Source: Octopus vulgaris
Taxonomy: Eukaryota
Direction of reading: 5' to 3'
Length of the DNA stretch: 64,000 bases
Assembly: GCA_951406725.2 (NCBI GenBank)
Contig: OX597826.1
Coordinates: forward strand, 62,434,001-62,498,000
In this document: piece by piece, positions 56,321 through 64,000 of the stretch
How positions within the stretch are numbered: the first letter of the stretch is position 1
How the letters are laid out: each line of letters begins with the position of its first letter
Program-made: the position numbers and the translations under genes
Notes under the pieces: generated by a model
What the model saw: only the letters and a program-made list of their open reading frames with translations
Told to the model about the DNA's origin: nothing
The model's database searches: none

Positions 56321-57161
56321 GAGATGATGAGTTGGCAGAATTTTTAGCAAGCCAGTTCTGAGTTCAAACTCATTTAGGTCAATTTTACTTCTCATCCATT
56401 GGGATTTGATAAAGTTGTGTAACATTCAAATAGTGGGGTCCTCGTAATCGGCGTCCAGTTCAGAGGAATGTTTTGTTCTTAGTTTCTGAAACGCTAAGTT
56501 ACAGCAACGTAAACGAACGAAGATGTGTTGTCTCAGAAGATGTGGGGATCAATCTGGACACAACGACACATACACGTATAGACACGTATATCCATACATA
56601 CACAAATACATACATTTACACGCACACAAACACGCACACAAACACAAACACACATACACACACACGCATATATATATATATATACATATATATCTCCCTG
56701 ATAATAAACTATAGATCCTTCTGTAGGAATTTGTTGCTCTATAACTCACGTGGGTGGACAAGGGAGGATGCAAAGCCTAATTCGTACGTTTTGAATTCGT
56801 TAGTACTGGTGGTCGAAGGTGGTTCGTCTGGGATTACTCAAAGCAGACGGGTATGTTCGATTTTTAGTGCTCTCAAATTTAAACTCAACGAAATCTTGGG
56901 CTGATGACAGGAATGTTGATATAGGTATTATTTCTAGCATCTCTATCTCTAACTAACCCAGAAACAGCGTTCTCAAGTAATCGATGTACCAGTGATCTTT
57001 CGTTATTTTTCCCTCTATGCCTACGTGAATTGTTTTTGAGTGTATATTGTGTGGGAGACTCTTCTTATAGTAGAGGAAATAGCTAAATTCTTTGGCTGCT
57101 ATTTCTAAAAATTTGGTGTGTGGTAAAGTAATTTTTTCTTGCTGAACCCTAATTATATAAA

Positions 57162-57240
<79 letters not shown>

Positions 57241-59226
57241 TTGATAGGTAGAAACAGACAGACACATACATACAAACGTACATACATACATACATACATA
57301 CATACATACATACATACATACATACATACATACATACATAATAGATACATCCCCGTCTGCCAAATTCACCATCAGATTTTCGCTGACCCAAGGTGCTGTG
57401 CAAAAGTACTGAACCTGAAATCACATGATTGTAAAACGAGCATCTTAACCCACAGCCACGCCTACCTTTATAACCTTCCCGTTTTTTTGTTTGTTTGTTC
57501 TTTTTTTGTTTTTGTTTTTTTTAGCTTATTTGTTTTGAAAAGAAGGTTGGTATGACATGAACAGAGAAGTAGCTACCTTATTTCGATGTTCAAATGAACA
57601 ACTTAGTAAATGCTTCCAAGGAAAGTACTGTTTTGCTAAATTGCGTTTGACTGGAAAATTAGCCACAACCATTAAAAAGCATTCTTCGCTTCTGTTTCGT
57701 TTTCTTCGCCCACATATTATACCATCTTATTTCTCTTCTGTTATTCTTCAAGATTGATGCCTAATTAACTCTTGCCAATATTCTTTACAAAGTATTTCGC
57801 TTATACTAAAGCTTCTTAATTTTCTTTCTAATATATTTCTTTTCTACTACTGTTGAATTCTTTACATTTTTTATTTTATTTTGTATAACATTGATGTTGT
57901 TCTCGTTATTATGTTGTTGTTGTTGTTGTTCCTGTTGTTGTTATTGTTTCCGCGACTGTTTTCTTATTTCTTTTATTTTTTTTTGTCTCTGTTGTTACTT
58001 TCACTTTTCTTCTTCTCCCAACAATTATACATTTTCTTGTTTTTGTTGTTCTGCAAACTTTGATTCAATTTATTTATTTATTTATTTATTTAGTTATTTA
58101 TTTATTGTTATTGACACATGCTTCGGTATATTTGAATTTTTATTCATGTATTCTCTTTTTGTTTGTCGATTTAGATAGTGAAGTACAGGTTTTTGTTCTT
58201 TTTTTTATTGTTGCATGGCTTCATTTGTTTCTCCTTATGCTAATTTTTTTTGTTTGTTTGCGATGTGTGTTTGATTTAGAGGAGAGAAAAAAATCTACTG
58301 ATTGCTGGGCGGTTTATTTATATGTTTATTTATTATGTATTTATTATTTAGTTTTTAAGATTTTTGATATTTATTTATTTAATCTAATCAGTTTTAGGGG
58401 ATGTGATTTCGATATCAAAGCACCGATTCGAGGTCGAATGCTGTCAGATTCGTTACCGCGTTGGACAAAATGCTTAGCGGCATTTCTTCTGATTTTGTGC
58501 TCTAAGTTCAAATGCTACCAAGACGTGCTATGCCTTACATTCATTTTGAGGTCGATAAAATACATACCAATTAAGTACCAGAATTTTTGTTATAGACTAG
58601 CCCCTCCCACAAAATTTTTCAAGCCTTGTTCCTATAGGGAAAACGAATATTAATATACCGTTAACGAGTCGGACAAAATTCTTTGCGTTATACCTTCCGA
58701 CTCTGTAAGTTCTGAATTCAAATTCCGCTGAGGTCGACTTTGCCTTACATTCTTTCAGTGTCGATAAAATAAGTACCATTCATGTACTGGGTTAGATGTA
58801 ACCGACATTCCACATCCACTGAAAGTTGGTGGCTTCTGACAAAATTTTTAAGGAAATGCGGTGCTCCGGCATGACCGTAGTCCAAGGTCAGAAACATGTA
58901 ACAGAATGAAAAAATATTAATATTTGCAGAAATCGTCATGATGTTGACCAGCTTGACTTGAAGCATTCGGTCTAGGTCCCATATCTCAAATCCCACATCA
59001 GTAAATATCAGTTAGACTTGGGGCTCGTTATATCTATTAATCACACACTCTTGCACCTTTCTATCTATCTATCTATCTATCAATCTATCTTTTTTTATTT
59101 TACCTATAATTTTGAAATTTGGCATTAATTTGATCAAGCAACACACTACTGATCATTGGAAAATCCACAGTTTTCGTAACAAGTGTTCTTGCTGCTGCTG
59201 CAGGTGTTGTTGTTGTTGTTGTTTGG

Positions 59227-59257
<31 letters not shown>

Positions 59258-59267
59258 GGTGGTGGTG

Positions 59268-59318
<51 letters not shown>

Positions 59319-60081
59319 ATGGTCGTGGTACTAGAGGAAATCGTGGTGATGGAGGTGTTTATGGTGGTGGTTCTGATTTCGAAATTCAGATTCTGAGATT
59401 GAAGAATTGGTAGTTCAGAGATTAATATGGTGGTGGTGGTGGGGGCTACTGCTGATGGTGCTGGTGCTGGTGGTGCTGTTGCTGGTGGTGGTGGCGGTGC
59501 TACTACTGCTAGATGCGATTGTGATGATAGTGATATAGATGGTGGTGGTGGTACTAATATTAATGAGTTTAGGGTTCGAATTTGTGATGGCGCGGATAGA
59601 ATGGTTTGATTTAAGATATTGGCAAGAGGAGTGGGTGGAGGTGGGAGTAGAAAGAGAGAATTTATAGCAATTATGAAAGTGATTGTAATTGGAATTGGTT
59701 GTGGGAGGAGTGATAGAGTGGTGTTAATTTAATGTTCATGGCATTGCTGTTGTTCATATTATTATTATTATTTTTGTACGTGTTCGTATCGTCTTTGATG
59801 ATTTTTTTAATGATAAGGGTTAAGATTTTGAGGGGAGGGGCACGCCTCTCGTACATGAGTGGTAATTATTTAATCGACCCCGAAAGAATGGAAAGCGAAG
59901 TCGATCTCGGCGGAATTTGAACTTGGATTATACGGTGCCGGAAGATGTTTTCTCCGACGTGCTAACGATTCTGTCTTGAATCGATAAATTAAAATACATT
60001 TTATTAATGGGAATATATTCTGTGATATATGACGATCAGGTAAATTTTTTCGACATTGTTCATATGAAGGGTGATGAATTA

Positions 60082-60477
60082 TGGCTGTGTGGTAAGTAGC
60101 TTGTTTACAAATCACATGGTTCCGGGTTCAGTCCCACTGCGTGGCACCTTGGGCAAGTATCTTCTACTATAGCCTCGGGCCGACCAAAGCCTTGTGATTG
60201 GATTTGGTAGACGGAAACTGAAAGAAGCTCGTCATATATATGTATATATATATATATATGTGTGTGTGTGTCTGCGTTTGTCCCCCTAGCATTGCTTGAC
60301 AACCGATGCTGGTGTGTTTATGTCCCCGTTACTTAGCGATTCGGCAAAAGAGACCGATAGAATAAGTACTGGGCTTACAAAAGAATAAGTCCCGGAGTCG
60401 AGTTGCTCGATTAAAGGTGGTGCTCTAGCATGGCCGCAGTCAAATGACTGAAACAAGTAAAAGAGTAAAAGAGAGTA
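60082..60477 (+). mobile_element. SINE family B (tRNA-derived, CORE-like central domain), full-length copy
   Basis: A box TGGCTGTGTGG at 60082 and B box GGTTCAGTCCC at 60125; accttgggcaagt resembles the CORE-SINE domain; internal (TA)/(TG) tract; tail aagtaaaagagtaaaagag. Other remnants near 12460-12610, 25180-25290, 51105-51220, 57345-57462 and 62690-62870. Confidence 0.9.
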
Positions 60478-60731
60478 TCGTAAGATTATATTTTTAATAA
60501 TAGAGGTAAGTAAGGTGGCGAGCTGACAGGATCGTTATCACAACGGGCAAAATACCTAGGGACATTTCGCCCGTCTTTACGTTCTCAATTTAAATTCCGT
60601 TATCTTTCCAGGGTCGATAAAAGAAGTACCAGTTGAGCACTAGGGTTCATATAATCGACTCAACCCCTTCCCCGAATATTTGCTGGCCTTCTGCCAAAGT
60701 TTGAAGTACATGTACGTCGTAAGATATCTTA

Positions 60732-61080
60732 TGTGACATACTATTGGCAATACACATATGACATACAATTTACGGTACATATATGACATGTTATCAGCAT
60801 GAATCATGTTAAGACGTCTTAAGTAATTTATATATGACCTATTATTATCAATACACTCGCTATGACTTGCTATTACGAATATCCATGTTATGACACATCA
60901 TTAACAATTCAGAAGTTGCAACACGCTATGAACGATACACATGAAAAGGTGCGGCATTAGCGATCTAATTTATATATAGTTATTAGAAATATTCATTTTA
61001 TGACATGTCATTAGTAGTATAATGTTATGACACGTCATTAACAGTGAAAAAAAGCTATGAAATACCATTAAGAATATGCT
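60732..61080 (+). repeat. Degenerate ~28-bp minisatellite, about 13 units
   Basis: Units start near 60732, 60757, 60782, 60810, 60833, 60861, 60889, 60917, 60945, 60971, 60999, 61026 and 61056; approximate consensus TATGACAYRYYATTARCAATAYNCATGT. Confidence 0.75.
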
Positions 61081-63491
61081 TCAAAAAATATTTCTTAAGC
61101 AAAGCAAATGATAGAGAATGCTAGATCTTCTCACAAAGAATGCCCCTTCGATTTAATATTTAACGATTTTCAGTACTAATTACTGAAATATGTTAATTAA
61201 TACACACCCTAACCCCATCACACACACACACACGTGTATGCCCATGTGCTTGTATTTACATTATGCCTATGGGTTTATCTGCATGTATGTGAGTGTGCGT
61301 GTGAGGGGCGTGTGAGTACGTATGTGTTGTTGTATGTGTGTATATGTGTAAGTGCTCGTGTGTGCAAGTTTATATTTTGGTCTGCAATATAGATGTGTAC
61401 GTGTGCATGTGCGCATGTATGTATCCATGTATGTATGCATGGAAGCATGCATGCATGAATGCATGTATGATGCATGTATGTATGCGTGTATGCATGCATG
61501 TATGAATGTTTGTATGAATGTATGTATACATATACATGTCTGAATGTATGTATGTATATATATATATGTATGTATGTATGTATGTGTGTATGTATGCCTG
61601 TATATATGTACCGGCATATGAGTCTTCAAAGATGTATTCATATGCGTATATGTGTGCATGTGTAGAAGTATGGATGTATGTATACAAATATATGTGTGGG
61701 TGTATGTGTGGGTTCCTGTGTGTGTGCGCGCGCCTCTGTGTATCTGTGTATGCATGTGTGTGCGTATGTGTGTCTGCTTGTGCGCATGTCTGATTTAATA
61801 CACGAATCTTTCCAATATAGAAGCGAAACTGAACAGAAAAATTGTTGACATACAACAATGTTTCCAGTACGATCGATAGAATATCGATCAGAAATATTGG
61901 CACATGAGAAATATAACCAATTGAATCGACCTTGTGCATGTTTAGTAATCTATTTTATCGATCCGGCAGGTATTGAATGGAAAATGGAAAACAAAGAATA
62001 CTGGGGCAATTTGGATGCAATACCCGGATATTACACAATGCCGTGGAACGTTTGGTACGGGGCCGCACACTTTCCCCTGATCAGTAAAAGTTCAGTATGT
62101 TATTTAGCAGCAAGTATATTTGTTGATGTTCTTGTTGTTGTAGGCTTTTATTGTTTCTTAAGATGAAGGGCAAATCCATGGACATTTTTCGGTGATTCCG
62201 TTAATGGTGGAGAGATGGAGGGAGGAAGGAAGGAAGGAAGGATCAAGGTGAGAATGAATGGATGGAAGGAAGAAAGAAAGGAAGAAATGAAAGAATGAAG
62301 GTAGGGAGCAAGGAAGAAAGAAAGGAAGGATGGATGGTTGAATGGTTGAATGGCTGGATGCTGCATTCAGAGAAACACAACTAGTAGTAGTAGTAGTAGT
62401 AGTTGTTGTTGTTGTTGTTGTCGTTGTTGTTGTTTAGCCAGTTTAGACTCTATCCCTCTCTCGTCCCACTTTGAGCAAGCGTATGATGAAATTCCTCCCA
62501 GGCGACAACATCCTCTTTTATTTGTGTCTTTGGGTCGACATTTCACAATACCACTTTCAAAGTATTGTTTCCCAAACCTTTATGTATGAGATTTGTAACC
62601 TGGTAGTTATTATTGGGTGTTTTAGGCGTAATGTAGTGGACTTTATAGTATTGGTGTTTCGCTTGTACTTTCCGTTTTATTTTTACAAGTTTTAGTCACT
62701 GGACAACAACCTTGCAGGGACATCTCTGGCTGTTTTGTAGAACAAGTCATCTCACTACATATTCTGATTTTAAGTTTGATAAATATTCTACCTCTGTCTT
62801 TTGCTGAACCGCTAAATTACAGAGACGTGAAAAAAACACTGGTTATCAAATGGGCGAAGAATTGAATAGAGACATAAATATATAAGAAACGTTGGGAAGA
62901 TACCAGTAGATGCTTCTTACATCATTTTGCATACAGTCATAGACAGCGATTTCGCTTGCACCTGGCTTCATTTCGATTACGCGGCATTGACAAGTCACAA
63001 GCATGTCGAAACATCGATGTCTATCGCTCCTGAAACAGGACTTGATGAGAGTTATCGCGTTTGTCTATAGCTTCTTAGTGTTTTAACAGGCGGTGAATTG
63101 ATGAGAATATACTCTCCTACGCCTATAATCGCAGTCTGCCCGCGAAATGATAAAACACATACCTTGTGCCTGTGTGTATTATATATATATATATATAAAC
63201 AACTTACAAACAAGGGCACAACAAAAATTAATCACGAAATTGTTTCAATATAGAAATAACGAACTTTAAAAAAAATTCTGTTGGCTAGCTTTCCTCGATT
63301 TCAGCACGACGTGTATCTATAGTGAATGTATATTACAAATGTGGAAATTGACGATTTAAAGTCTGTTCTCAGCATATTGGCATCGAAATAATTTTTCTTT
63401 TGCCCTTGCTTATAATTTAAACTTTAGAGTTATTTTAATATGCTGCCACTTTTGATGAAATTTTTTGTGAAAAACATGTTATCCTATATTA

Positions 63492-63545
<54 letters not shown>

Positions 63546-63686
63546 ATGTATGTATGCATGCATGCATGTATGTATGTATGTATGTATGTATGTATGTATG
63601 TATGTATGTATGTATGTATGTATGTATGAATGTATGTATGTATGAATGTACGTATGTATGTGTGCATGTATGCTTGCATGCATGTA

Positions 63687-63955
63687 TACCCGTCTGATAA
63701 GGGTACGCCAGACACATGCATCACAACTATATGTGTACGGTATGGTGACCTTATATCAAGATATCAGCGCATTACCTTGCAGTTGGAGCCTAGTTAGAAC
63801 TTTCTTTACGTTGAGTAGTCTATCCCGCTCAAAAGATCCCTGAATAAGGGTTAAGGATGATGAACAAAAATCCCCATGTTTCCAGGGGTGAAACATTCAA
63901 ACACCAAATAATTCCTCTCATCACATGGCTATGATGCTCCCCACTACTCCTGTTC
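63687..63955 (-). mobile_element. Family C element fragment
   Basis: tacccgtctgataagggtac.c.ag.cacatgcatcacaac.atatgtg...atatcaagata matches about 55880-56020. Confidence 0.8.
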
Positions 63956-64000
63956 GTTATAAGTTTCTAAGAGGCATTTTCAGTCACTAAGGGTCATGCT

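Noticed and set aside
60732-61080. CRISPR array
   Set aside because: Eukaryotic context, no cas genes, degenerate repeats, and intervening parts that are short and mutually similar.
62985-63050. Hammerhead candidate GAAAcatcgatgTC ... TTGATGA
   Set aside because: It has a palindromic helix III-like segment but no upstream CUGANGA, and helices I and II cannot be closed in a type II arrangement.

Overview
AT-rich eukaryotic intergenic or intronic DNA saturated with microsatellites ((TA)n, (CA)n, (TAGA)n, (TACA)n, (AAT)n, (TAG)n, (GAT)n) and decayed transposable elements. The repeat landscape resembles an octopus or other coleoid cephalopod genome (inference only). No intact host gene, rRNA, true tRNA or CRISPR array is supported, and nearly all listed ORFs are microsatellite artefacts. 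Recognisable elements are: several remnants of R4/Dong-like (RT plus restriction-like endonuclease) non-LTR retrotransposons, two abundant tRNA-derived SINE families, three non-autonomous Helitrons, mariner derivatives, a hAT transposase fragment, a Penelope-like GIY-YIG remnant, and two large fold-back structures. The most interesting signal is a set of minimal type I hammerhead ribozyme motifs from several unrelated sequence families: five well-formed motifs plus several degenerate ones. One family has the architecture Penelope GIY-YIG end, tRNA-like Pol III A/B-box head, (AAT)n tract, then hammerhead, which suggests a Penelope-mobilised, Pol III-transcribable ribozyme SINE or retrozyme. All assignments were made by eye; nothing was aligned or folded computationally.
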